Source: Oscillospiraceae bacterium (GTDB lineage: Bacteria > Bacillota > Clostridia > Oscillospirales > CAG-272). Taken from it: a stretch of DNA of 64,000 nt. The position numbers and the translations under genes were made by a program. The notes under the pieces were generated by a model, which did no database searches, had not been told where the DNA came from, and saw only the letters and a list, made by a program, of their open reading frames with translations. Below are positions 28,668-37,426 of this stretch, piece by piece (within the stretch, counting starts at the first letter, position 1; every line of letters begins with the position of its first letter). Location of the stretch: positions 14,198 through 78,197 of the forward strand of contig SVSS01000005.1 in assembly GCA_015064185.1 (NCBI GenBank), in the 5' to 3' direction.

Positions 28668-30086
28668 TTATGATTTGCTTGACAGATACTCGTCAATTGC
28701 TGTGGCAGCGGTCTTGCCTGCGCCCATGGCGAGAATAACGGTGGCAGCGCCCGTTACGGCATCACCGCCCGCATATACGCCCTCAAGGCTGGTCTTGCCC
28801 GTTGCCTCGTTAACTACAATACCGCCCCAACGGTTGATCTCAAGTCCGCTTGTGGTATCCTTAATGAGAGGGTTGGGGGAGGTGCCGATCGACATGACAA
28901 CGGTATCTACGTCAAGCAGGTACTCGCTGCCGGGGATCTCTACAGGACGGCGGCGTCCTTTTTCGTCGGGCTCGCCAAGCTCCATTTTGATGCAGCGCAT
29001 GCCTGTAACAAATCCGTTTTTCGGATCGCGTCTGTCCGCCTCGTTGCGGTAGCCAACGATCTCAACGGGATTGTTCAGCAGCAGGAATTCAATGCCTTCC
29101 TCCATGGCGTGCTCAACCTCCTCGCGGCGTGCGGGGAGCTCCTCCATGGAACGGCGGTATACGATGTAGACCTTTTCTGCGCCAAGACGCAGTGCGGTGC
29201 GCGCGGCATCCATTGCAACGTTACCGCCGCCGACAACGGCAACCTTGCCGCCCTTCATTACGGGTGTTTCGCCGTCATCCATGTAAGCCTTCATCAGATT
29301 TACACGAGTCAGATATTCGTTTGCGGAATACACACCCTTCAGATTTTCGCCGGGGATGTTCATAAAGCGGGGAAGTCCCGCGCCCGAGCCGATAAAGACG
29401 GCCTCGTAGCCTTCTTCCATCAGCTCCTCGACCGATACGGTCTTGCCGATCACCACGTTGGTGGCGATCTCAACGCCAAGCGCCTTTAAGCCCTCGATCT
29501 CGTTGGCAACGATCGCCTTGGGCAAACGGAATTCGGGAATGCCGTAAACCAAAACGCCGCCCGCGATGTGGAACGCCTCAAAAATCGTAACGGCGTAGCC
29601 TTTTTTAGCAAGGTCGCCTGCACAGGTAAGGCCGGAGGGACCGGAGCCTACCACCGCTACGCGATGGCCGTTCTGGGTAGGCTTTACGATCTCCTTATCC
29701 TTTTTGGCATTATGATAGTCCGCAACAAAGCGTTCCACACGGCCAATGCCGACAGGCTCGCCCTTAATGCCGCGCACGCACTTGCCCTCACACTGATTTT
29801 CCTGCGGGCATACGCGTCCGCAAACTGCGGGCAGGGAGCTTTGGAGCGAAATGGTTTCATAAGCGCCCTCAAAATCTCCCGTTGCAGCCTTGGTAAGAAA
29901 AGCGGGAATGTTGATCGAAACGGGGCAACCCGTTACGCAAAGCGGCTTTTTGCAGTTAAGGCATCTTGCAGCCTCATCCATTGCTTGCTCGGCAGTATAG
30001 CCAAGCGCCACCTCTTCAAAATTGTGCGCACGAACCTTAGGGTCCTGCGTGGGCATCTCATTTTTCTTTAACGACATGTTTGGCAT
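28668..30086 (-). CDS. nfnB: NfnB / GltD-like NADP-dependent flavoprotein subunit of electron-bifurcating transhydrogenase
   Basis: RCLNCKKPLCVTGCP, CGRVCPQENQCE, GSGPSGL, GGGNVAMD. Paired with an nfnA-like gene; no gltB in the window. Confidence 0.85.
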   Translation of the reverse strand: MPNMSLKKNEMPTQDPKVRAHNFEEVALGYTAEQAMDEAARCLNCKKPLCVTGCPVSINIPAFLTKAATGDFEGAYETISLQSSLPAVCGRVCPQENQCEGKCVRGIKGEPVGIGRVERFVADYHNAKKDKEIVKPTQNGHRVAVVGSGPSGLTCAGDLAKKGYAVTIFEAFHIAGGVLVYGIPEFRLPKAIVANEIEGLKALGVEIATNVVIGKTVSVEELMEEGYEAVFIGSGAGLPRFMNIPGENLKGVYSANEYLTRVNLMKAYMDDGETPVMKGGKVAVVGGGNVAMDAARTALRLGAEKVYIVYRRSMEELPARREEVEHAMEEGIEFLLLNNPVEIVGYRNEADRRDPKNGFVTGMRCIKMELGEPDEKGRRRPVEIPGSEYLLDVDTVVMSIGTSPNPLIKDTTSGLEINRWGGIVVNEATGKTSLEGVYAGGDAVTGAATVILAMGAGKTAATAIDEYLSSKS

Positions 30087-30929
30087 TTATTTGTCCTCCC
30101 CCCGGAAAAGATTGCAGGCATCCTCATGACGGTGACGCTCGAATGCGTGATACATCGATGAACGCTCGATTGCCTCGTCAAAGTCGATCTCATGCGCGTC
30201 AAATTCGGGACCGTCAACACAAGCAAACTTGGTTTTGCCGCCTACGCTGAGGCGGCAGCCGCCGCACATGCCCGTGCCGTCGATCATGACGGGGTTCATG
30301 CTGGCAACGGTCTTAATACCGTATTGCTTGGTAAGAAGGCTGACAAACTTCATCATAACAAGAGGGCCGATCGTGATGACCTCATCGTATTGCTCACCGC
30401 TGTCGATCAGTTTTTTGAGGGCATCGGTTACAAGACCCTTTTCGCCTGTCGAACCGTCATCGCTCATCAGCACAAAGCGCGAGCTGTTCTCGCGGAACTC
30501 ATCCTCAAGAATAACAAGATCCTTTGTTCTGAAGCCAACAATAGCGTGTACCTCGGCGCCTGCCTCGTGCAGAGCCTTGGCAACGGGGTATGCAATGGCA
30601 GAGCCAACGCCACCGCCAACAACAGCAACCTTTTTCAGTCCCTCGATCTCGGTGGCACGGCCAAGCGGGCCCACAAAGTCGGCGATGTAACCGCCTTCTT
30701 CTACGTGGTTCAGCTTTTCGGTAGTGCCGCCAACGACCTGAAAGATAATGCTTACGGTGCCGGTTTCTTTATTGCTGTCAGCAATAGTAAGAGGAATACG
30801 CTCTCCTTTTTCATCGACGCGCAGGATGATGAATTGCCCGGGCCTTGCCTTTTTGGCAACAAGGGGCGCCTCGATCTCAAGCAGCGTAACAGTGGGATTG
30901 AGTGACTTTCTCTTTACGATACGATACAT
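30087..30929 (-). CDS. nfnA: NfnA / sulfide-dehydrogenase beta-like FAD/2Fe-2S subunit
   Basis: GERIPLTIAD, GPLG, DGTGMCGGCR, CVDGPEF. Confidence 0.88.
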   Translation of the reverse strand: MYRIVKRKSLNPTVTLLEIEAPLVAKKARPGQFIILRVDEKGERIPLTIADSNKETGTVSIIFQVVGGTTEKLNHVEEGGYIADFVGPLGRATEIEGLKKVAVVGGGVGSAIAYPVAKALHEAGAEVHAIVGFRTKDLVILEDEFRENSSRFVLMSDDGSTGEKGLVTDALKKLIDSGEQYDEVITIGPLVMMKFVSLLTKQYGIKTVASMNPVMIDGTGMCGGCRLSVGGKTKFACVDGPEFDAHEIDFDEAIERSSMYHAFERHRHEDACNLFRGEDK

Positions 30930-31003
30930 AACGCTCTCCTTTTCACAACAGAGAATTTTTGTGTATGCCGAAACTTATACGAGAAAAAATTATGCTTTAA
31001 AAA

Positions 31004-32371
31004 TTAGCAAACACCGAATGCAAGCATTGCGCGTGCAACCTTAAGGAAGCCTGCGATATTTGCACCTGCTACAAGGTCATCGCCAAGGTCGTACTCGTGT
31101 GCGGCATCAATGGAAGCCTTGAAGATGTTGTGCATGATCATGTGGAGCTTCTCATCAACCTCTTCAGCAGTCCAGCTGTAGCGCATGGAGTTCTGGGACA
31201 TTTCAAGACCGGAAACAGAAACACCGCCCGCATTTACTGCCTTGGAGGGAGCAACGATAACGCCGTTTGCCTTGAGGTAAGCAATTGCCTCGTTGGTGGT
31301 GGGCATGTTGGCAACCTCAACGTAGTACTTCAGGCCGTTTGCAACCATCTTCTCAGCCTCAGCCATGCCAACCTCGTTCTGGGTAGCACAGGGCATCATG
31401 ATGTCTGCCTTAACGCCCCAGGGCTTTTCTTTGGGGAAGAACGCTACGCCAAACTTGTCTGCGTAATCCTCAACGCGGTTGCGGCAGGAAGCGCGCATCT
31501 CAAGCATAAAGTCGATCTTTTCGTCGGTGGATACACCGTCGGGATCGTAAATGTAGCCGTCGGGACCGGAGATGGTGAGAACCTTACCGCCAAGCTCGTT
31601 GATCTTCTTGACAGCGCCCCAAGCAACGTTGCCGAAGCCCGAGATAGCAAAGGTCTTGCCCTTGATATCGTCGCCGAAGTAGTTGAGCATATCTACTGCG
31701 TAGTAAACCGCACCGAAGCCGGTTGCTTCAGGACGCAGGATAGAGCCGCCGTAGGGCATGCCCTTGCCGGTAAGCACGCCGGTGAACTCGTCACGCAGAC
31801 GCTTGTACTGACCGAAGAGGTAGCCGATCTCACGTGCACCAACGCCGATGTCGCCTGCGGGCACGTCGGTGTTTGCGCCGATGTATTTTTGAAGCTCAGT
31901 CATAAAGCTCTGGCAGAAGCGCATAACCTCTGCGTCGGACTTGCCCTGCGGGTCAAAGTCAGAGCCGCCCTTACCGCCGCCCATGGGCAGGGAGGTGAGG
32001 GAATTCTTAAAGGTCTGCTCGAAGCCAAGGAACTTCATGATGCTCTCGTTTACAGTTGGGTGGAAGCGCAGACCGCCCTTGTAGGGACCGATCGCACTGT
32101 TGAACTGTACGCGGTAGCCGCGGTTTACGCGGGTAACGCCCTGATCGTCAACCCACGGAACACGGAATTTGATCACACGCTCGGGCTCTACGATAAGGTC
32201 GATGATGCCTTTTTCGATAAATTCTGGGCTCTTTGCCAAAACGGGCTCAAGAGACTCCAGCACTTCGCTTACAGTCTGGTGGAATTCAACCTCACCGGGG
32301 TTGCGCTTCTTTACCTGCTCTACAACGCCTTCGATGTAGGCCTTTACTTCGGCACGGGTCATGTTTGCCAT
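31004..32371 (-). CDS. gdhA: NAD(P)-specific glutamate dehydrogenase
   Basis: GPYKGGLRFHP, GGGKGGSDF, DVPAGDIGVG, RPEATG, NAGGVSVSGLEM. Confidence 0.96.
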   Translation of the reverse strand: MANMTRAEVKAYIEGVVEQVKKRNPGEVEFHQTVSEVLESLEPVLAKSPEFIEKGIIDLIVEPERVIKFRVPWVDDQGVTRVNRGYRVQFNSAIGPYKGGLRFHPTVNESIMKFLGFEQTFKNSLTSLPMGGGKGGSDFDPQGKSDAEVMRFCQSFMTELQKYIGANTDVPAGDIGVGAREIGYLFGQYKRLRDEFTGVLTGKGMPYGGSILRPEATGFGAVYYAVDMLNYFGDDIKGKTFAISGFGNVAWGAVKKINELGGKVLTISGPDGYIYDPDGVSTDEKIDFMLEMRASCRNRVEDYADKFGVAFFPKEKPWGVKADIMMPCATQNEVGMAEAEKMVANGLKYYVEVANMPTTNEAIAYLKANGVIVAPSKAVNAGGVSVSGLEMSQNSMRYSWTAEEVDEKLHMIMHNIFKASIDAAHEYDLGDDLVAGANIAGFLKVARAMLAFGVC

Positions 32372-32617
32372 TGATTTTTTCCTCCAAAATTAAGAAAATA
32401 TGAAATTTCTTGTCGAAAACAAGATATCATTGCTATTTTATCATAGATAAAATTACTTTGTCAAGTGGTAGACGCAAGATGAAGGGAGAAAACTTGCAAA
32501 ATATGCTATGCGGCACAGGGCACAATCTTGCTTTTTTGCCGCAATTTAAATAGAGCGTTATAATACGGTCGCGCGGCACATAGGATATAGCGGTAAAAAA
32601 GCATGGAGGGTGCGATA

Positions 32618-33931
32618 ATGAAATTTTTAAATTTGAGCAAAAAAAGAAGAGTGTTGGCGTTTTCGCTTTGCGGTGTGCTTTGCGCAGGCGCATTGGTCGG
32701 TGCATGGGCACTGTGGGGGAAACGGGAGCCCGAAAGCCTTGTGGTAAGTGCGGGACTGCAGCATTTTGCGGATGATGCGTATCTTGCAGCCTCTGCGGTA
32801 TCGGGGCAGCCCGTAACCTTTACGGCCGAGTGGTTTGACGGCACGCTTGGTGGCGGCACGGTGGAGCGCGTGACGATCACGACGCTCCCCCCTGTTACCG
32901 AGGGGGTGCTTAAGCTTGGCTACGGTGAGGTGTCGGTAGGGCAGAGCATTCCGCGCGAAACGCTGTCTTATTTGTGCTTTACCCCCAATGACGGGGTGAA
33001 AAGCAGCAGCTTTTCCTTTGTGCCGGAGAGTGTGGACGGTGCCGCGGGCTATGCGCTAACCTGCCATATGACGGTAACCGATACCGTGAATTGCTGTCCC
33101 GGCGGCACGAAAAGCGCCACGGCGGTTTCCACGCACGAAACGCTCGCGCTTTCGGGTGTGCTGACGGCAAAGGACCCCGAGGGGGATGCCTTGACCTTTG
33201 AAATTTGTGATTACCCCAAAAACGGTACAATTACACTCGATAGTGCCACAGGCGCGTTTACCTATACACCGCAGGACGGTTATTACGGTAGCGATGCGTT
33301 TACCTGGCGCGTGCAGGATCAAAACGGTGCGTTTGCACCCGAGGCGGTGGTAAACATTACGGTGCGTGAGCTTGTAACGGATCACACCTTTACCGATATG
33401 CAAGGCAACGCCAATCACACGCACGCTTTGCGTGTGAGTGAAAAAGGGCTGCTTGGCGGAGAGGAGATCGGCGGAAAGCATTATTTTCATCCGCATAAAG
33501 CACTTACCCGTGCTGCGTTTGTGACGATACTGCTTGATGCCGCTGAAATAAAAGTACCCGAAGCCACCGCCACGGGATATGCAGATGATGCGGATATCCC
33601 CGCACCCATGAAGGGTGCGATCAAATATGCAAAAGACCAAGGTTGGCTTGGCGAAGCGGAGAATTTCCGCCCAAACGATGCCATTACCCGCGCTGAGGCT
33701 GCCGAGATCGCGGCAAAGGTTTTGTCGCTCTCAGCACCCGGATACCATGAAACGGTACAGGATTTTGATGCCATTCCCGTTGATATGGCGGATGCGTTGT
33801 ACGCCATTTATGAGGGCGGATATATCAGCACCATGGCAGACGGAACACTCTCACCTATGGGAGAACTGACGCGGGGCGATGCTGCAAAATTCTTTGCTAA
33901 GATCCTTGACGGCAAAAATACGGATGAATGA
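32618..33931 (+). CDS. Membrane-anchored protein with cadherin/Ig-like (Big_9) domain and C-terminal SLH domains
   Basis: DPEGDALTF..PKNGTI..GAFTYTPQDGYYGSDAFT; SLH motifs FHPHKALTRAAF, FRPNDAITRAEAA, ELTRGDAA. Confidence 0.85.
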   Translation: MKFLNLSKKRRVLAFSLCGVLCAGALVGAWALWGKREPESLVVSAGLQHFADDAYLAASAVSGQPVTFTAEWFDGTLGGGTVERVTITTLPPVTEGVLKLGYGEVSVGQSIPRETLSYLCFTPNDGVKSSSFSFVPESVDGAAGYALTCHMTVTDTVNCCPGGTKSATAVSTHETLALSGVLTAKDPEGDALTFEICDYPKNGTITLDSATGAFTYTPQDGYYGSDAFTWRVQDQNGAFAPEAVVNITVRELVTDHTFTDMQGNANHTHALRVSEKGLLGGEEIGGKHYFHPHKALTRAAFVTILLDAAEIKVPEATATGYADDADIPAPMKGAIKYAKDQGWLGEAENFRPNDAITRAEAAEIAAKVLSLSAPGYHETVQDFDAIPVDMADALYAIYEGGYISTMADGTLSPMGELTRGDAAKFFAKILDGKNTDE

Positions 33932-34076
33932 TCACAAAAGGAGCCGATGCGGAAGCAAAGGCTCCTTTTCTTTGACATAAAAGATCAAAATACAAATATT
34001 CTAAAATATCTATTGCTTTTTTGGTGTGTTTGCGCTATAATCAAAGGCAGTTGTTTTTTAAGGAGTATTTAGACAG

Positions 34077-34796
34077 ATGAGAGAAACAATTGATATGACA
34101 AGAAAAGAACTGGCGGTTTTCTTCCTTATGGCGGTGCTGTCGGGCTTTATGATCGGCATTGGCGGCACGGCATCGTTACTTGCAAACAGTCTGCTTGGCA
34201 ATTGGGGGCGTCTGATCGGCGCGATCCTTTTTTCGCTTGGTATTTATGCTATCGTAACCTATGGCATGAAGCTGTTTACGGGTATGGTAGCAGATATTCC
34301 CAAAATGGGTATGAAGAGCATGTGGCGCTTGCCTCTTTGCTTTTTCGGCAATATCATCGGCGTGGCGATCGTTGCGGTGCTGGTGTATAACTCTCCCCTT
34401 GCCACGCCCGTGGTGGCAAAGGGCAGTGCAACCGTTGCGGCAAAGCTGGCGCAGGAGAGCTGGGCATTAAAATCCTTTTGCTCCGCAATCCTTTGCGGCT
34501 GGCTCATTACCCTTTCTGTTTGGGCATCGAAATATGCACCCAAGAAGAATTTAAGCGCTTCTATTGAGGTCATTTTCCCTGTGGTCGTGTTCGCGTTTTG
34601 CGGCTTTGATCACTCGGTTGCCAATATGCTGTATTTCTATTTCTTAGGTGAGGTTTCCTGGCGCGTTGTTGGGTATATCGTGATGAGTGTGCTTGGCAAC
34701 ATCGTGGGCGGTGTGCTGCTGCCGCTTGTCATCCTTCTTAAGGAAAGAGCAAAAGTGGAGCGCCTTGCTATGGCAGAAAAGGATAACGTAGCGTAA
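34077..34796 (+). CDS. Formate/nitrite transporter family protein
   Basis: LFTG, GNIIG, ILCGWL, GFDHSVANM, GNIVGG. Confidence 0.9.
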   Translation: MRETIDMTRKELAVFFLMAVLSGFMIGIGGTASLLANSLLGNWGRLIGAILFSLGIYAIVTYGMKLFTGMVADIPKMGMKSMWRLPLCFFGNIIGVAIVAVLVYNSPLATPVVAKGSATVAAKLAQESWALKSFCSAILCGWLITLSVWASKYAPKKNLSASIEVIFPVVVFAFCGFDHSVANMLYFYFLGEVSWRVVGYIVMSVLGNIVGGVLLPLVILLKERAKVERLAMAEKDNVA

Positions 34797-34870
34797 ACAG
34801 TAGCATAAAGAGAAGCCCCCCGTGCGGCATTTGCCGCACGGGGGGCTTTGTCTTTGCAAGAATGCACTTC

Positions 34871-35410
34871 TTAGCCTTTGTTATGCATCCAATAATTGTA
34901 CTTTTTCTTGCGGTAGATCAAGAGAAAAATAATGTACACAAGGCAATCACTCACGGCACTTAACAGGTAACCCACAAAAGGGATCTTGATGAAATTAGCG
35001 AACAAGCACATCGGAGCAAAGAAGAAGGCGGGAAACGAAACAATGGTTTTCTTTTCAAACACCAAACGATCAAATGTGTTCAGTACAAAACAGATCAAAA
35101 CGATCGCAGCAACACAAATAAGCGCCTTAGCTTCACGTTTTATTATCAGCTTGAGATCATCTACAAGTGAAGTGTATTTTTTGTCCTTATAATCGGACAT
35201 CACCTCATCTTCACCAACGGATTTTCTGATTTTTGATGTGTACAGTAGGAAAAAACCAAAAGCAACTGTTGTCATGAATGCAATCAAAAACAATTTTAAT
35301 GTGGGATTTTCAAGTTCGCTTAAAATTGCTCCCCATATGGCATATAGCGCTATGTATGCTACTAATGTAATGACCGATGCAAGCGTGATATTCCATAACG
35401 TTCGTTTCAT
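34871..35410 (-). CDS. Hypothetical membrane protein (AT-rich gene)
   Basis: 179-aa ORF with 4-5 TM segments and RBS GGAGG. Confidence 0.7.
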   Translation of the reverse strand: MKRTLWNITLASVITLVAYIALYAIWGAILSELENPTLKLFLIAFMTTVAFGFFLLYTSKIRKSVGEDEVMSDYKDKKYTSLVDDLKLIIKREAKALICVAAIVLICFVLNTFDRLVFEKKTIVSFPAFFFAPMCLFANFIKIPFVGYLLSAVSDCLVYIIFLLIYRKKKYNYWMHNKG

Positions 35411-35503
35411 AAAAGCCTCCCCAAGTTTACTTAGTATTATTATACCATAAATTAGGTAACTGTAAAGGAGATTTGATTGAACTGTTGGTTGAATGAATTG
35501 TCT

Positions 35504-35718
35504 TGGCAGGATTCGCCCCGCTTTCTGCGGCGTTGCCGCAGACGCTTAAAGAATGCCTTGATGCCTAAACGGCATCATTTCGCAGGGCGAAAATCGGCAT
35601 TCTTTCCCGCCGCACCATAGCTTGTTTGATTTTTGCAACATGCGTGGCGGCGGAGATTCGGATCCGCGCCATCCCAGCCGACAATCAAAAAAGCCACCCG
35701 AATGGGTGGCTTGATTGT
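35504..35718 (-). mobile_element. tRNA-Gln(TTG)-linked structured unit (224-bp period)
   Basis: Inverted copy TTCGGATCCGCGCCATCCCAGCC at 35657-35679. Direct copy TGGCAGGATTCG at 35504-35515 equals tRNA 35728-35739. Body homologous to the Arg unit. Confidence 0.8.
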
Positions 35719-35793
35719 TGGCTGGGATGGCAGGATTCGAACCTACGAATACCAGAGTCAAAGTCTGGTGCCTTACCGCTTGGCGACATCCCA
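35719..35793 (-). tRNA. tRNA-Gln(TTG)
   Basis: TGGGATGTCGCCAAGCGGTAAGGCACCAGACTTTGACTCTGGTATTCGTAGGTTCGAATCCTGCCATCCCAGCCA. Confidence 0.97.
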
Positions 35794-35879
35794 TTGTTTT
35801 GAATACGCCATACATTATACCATTTGCAGATAAGGCTGTCAAGAGCAAATTTACAGAATTTGGAGTAATTTTTGGGGTT

Positions 35880-36332
35880 TCACGCGGCAAAAAGGGTACA
35901 GATCCAATAAATGATGCCGTAAAGCGTGCCCGCGGCTGTACCGTAAAGCAGCACGGGGCCCGCTACGGTAAAGATCTTGGCGCCAACGCCAAGCACAAAC
36001 CCCTCTGAGCGAGCGTCGATGGCGGGGGAGGCAACGGCATTGGCAAAGCCTGTGATCGGCACAAGCGTGCCGCCGCCCGCCCGCTTGGCGATACGGTCAA
36101 ACAGTCCAAGCCCCGTGAGTACAACGGCGATCAGCACCAAAATGATGGCAGTGGTGGTGCCAGCGTTTTCCACGGTCATACCACAAAGACGTGTAAAAAT
36201 TTGATTAAGTCCCTCGGCAAACAAGCAGATGCCGCCGCCCACCAAAAACGCCCACAGGCAGTTTTTTAGGATAGGCGAGCGAGGCGCGCGAGCCTCCACG
36301 TATCTTGCGTAACTTTTTTTATCCATGTTCAT
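35880..36332 (-). CDS. spoVAC: Stage V sporulation protein AC
   Basis: NCLWAFLVGGGIC, GGGTLVPITGFANAV, EGFVLGVGAKIFTVAGPV. Confidence 0.9.
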   Translation of the reverse strand: MNMDKKSYARYVEARAPRSPILKNCLWAFLVGGGICLFAEGLNQIFTRLCGMTVENAGTTTAIILVLIAVVLTGLGLFDRIAKRAGGGTLVPITGFANAVASPAIDARSEGFVLGVGAKIFTVAGPVLLYGTAAGTLYGIIYWICTLFAA

Positions 36333-36479
36333 AGCATCATCTCCCGTTTTTCTTTTAGTTTTTCCTAATACCTGTCATTTTATCCTTCGCCTGCCATGAA
36401 TTTCTCAAAAAATGCTTTACATTTTTGCAGGAATGCGCTATACTGTATAAAGAGAATAATCCGAAAGGCAGGTATTGAT

Positions 36480-36824
36480 ATGTCCGTATTTAACCGTTTT
36501 TGCGCAAAGGCGCGCGGCGTTGCTCAAAAGGTTACAGACAAGGCAGAGAATTTGGTTGAGAGCGCTTCGAGATCGATGAAGATCAAGTCGCTTGAGATCA
36601 GGATCGATGAGCAATATGAGAGCCTTGGGCGTCTTATCTACCGAGATCTTCACGTTGATGAGGATCTTGAGGATGAAAAGCTTGAGATCATTGCTGCCAT
36701 TGATGCACTTTATGATGAGCTTGCTGTTTTGAAGGGCGAAAAGGAGCCCCAAGAGGAAGTAAGCGAGGAAAACGTGACTGCTGAGGAATGTGACTGCGCG
36801 GAGCCCGAAGTCGACGCGGAGTGA
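36480..36824 (+). CDS. Hypothetical coiled-coil protein
   Basis: ATG at 36480; helical, acidic tail; terminator follows. Confidence 0.7.
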   Translation: MSVFNRFCAKARGVAQKVTDKAENLVESASRSMKIKSLEIRIDEQYESLGRLIYRDLHVDEDLEDEKLEIIAAIDALYDELAVLKGEKEPQEEVSEENVTAEECDCAEPEVDAE

Positions 36825-36869
36825 TCGAAGAGCTGTAAAAGCCGCGCCTTGGCGCGGCTTTTTGCTTTT

Positions 36870-37148
36870 TTATTTCGTAACTGCGGCGGTGAACTTCTGC
36901 TTAGTTTGATTCACCTTGGTATCCTCTGCCTTTGTCACGGGATACCAGCCGCGCGACTGCATCTCGTTGAAAATGGTTTGCTGCATGCTGTGGGTATCCG
37001 TTAAAAGTGATGAGAAGCAACGCACCATTTCGGGTGTAGCGCTTTCAAGGAGAAAGGAATTGTAATTTCCTGCAAGGAATTTTTCTGCAGATAAAAGGTC
37101 GGTGATCTGTTCCTTCTCGGGGAAGGTGTTGTTTTGTGTGCCGTTCAT
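36870..37148 (-). CDS. Spore coat protein, Coat F family
   Basis: DLLSAEKFLAGNYN...ESATPE...IFNEMQSRGWYP. Confidence 0.8.
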   Translation of the reverse strand: MNGTQNNTFPEKEQITDLLSAEKFLAGNYNSFLLESATPEMVRCFSSLLTDTHSMQQTIFNEMQSRGWYPVTKAEDTKVNQTKQKFTAAVTK

Positions 37149-37160
37149 GCTTGTTCTCCT

Positions 37161-37346
37161 TTATTTTAAATTGCCGTACAGCTCATCAAGGTGTCTTTGG
37201 TGGTGCTGTGCCATTTGCAGGTAGCAGTCTGAAAGTGCCTTATCGGTGGTGTTAGATGCCATATACGCGCATTTTTTGTGGAGGGTCTCTTCCATTGTCA
37301 TCAGATCCCCGATGGCGGAGAGTTCTTTTTCGGTAATTTGAGCCAT
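37161..37346 (-). CDS. Small spore-coat-associated protein (usual Coat F partner)
   Basis: MAQITEKELSAIGD...HQRHLDELYGNL; RBS AAGGAG; directly upstream of the Coat F gene. Confidence 0.7.
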   Translation of the reverse strand: MAQITEKELSAIGDLMTMEETLHKKCAYMASNTTDKALSDCYLQMAQHHQRHLDELYGNLK

Positions 37347-37426
37347 GTTTTGATCTCCTTATTTTGTGGTATACATATTGTTGCCGTAAGGAGAAATTTT
37401 ATGCGTACAGTGTAAGGAGAATTTAT

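Noticed and set aside
28668-30086. Glutamate synthase small subunit
   Set aside because: No large subunit is adjacent, and pairing with the FAD/2Fe-2S gene fits NfnAB better.
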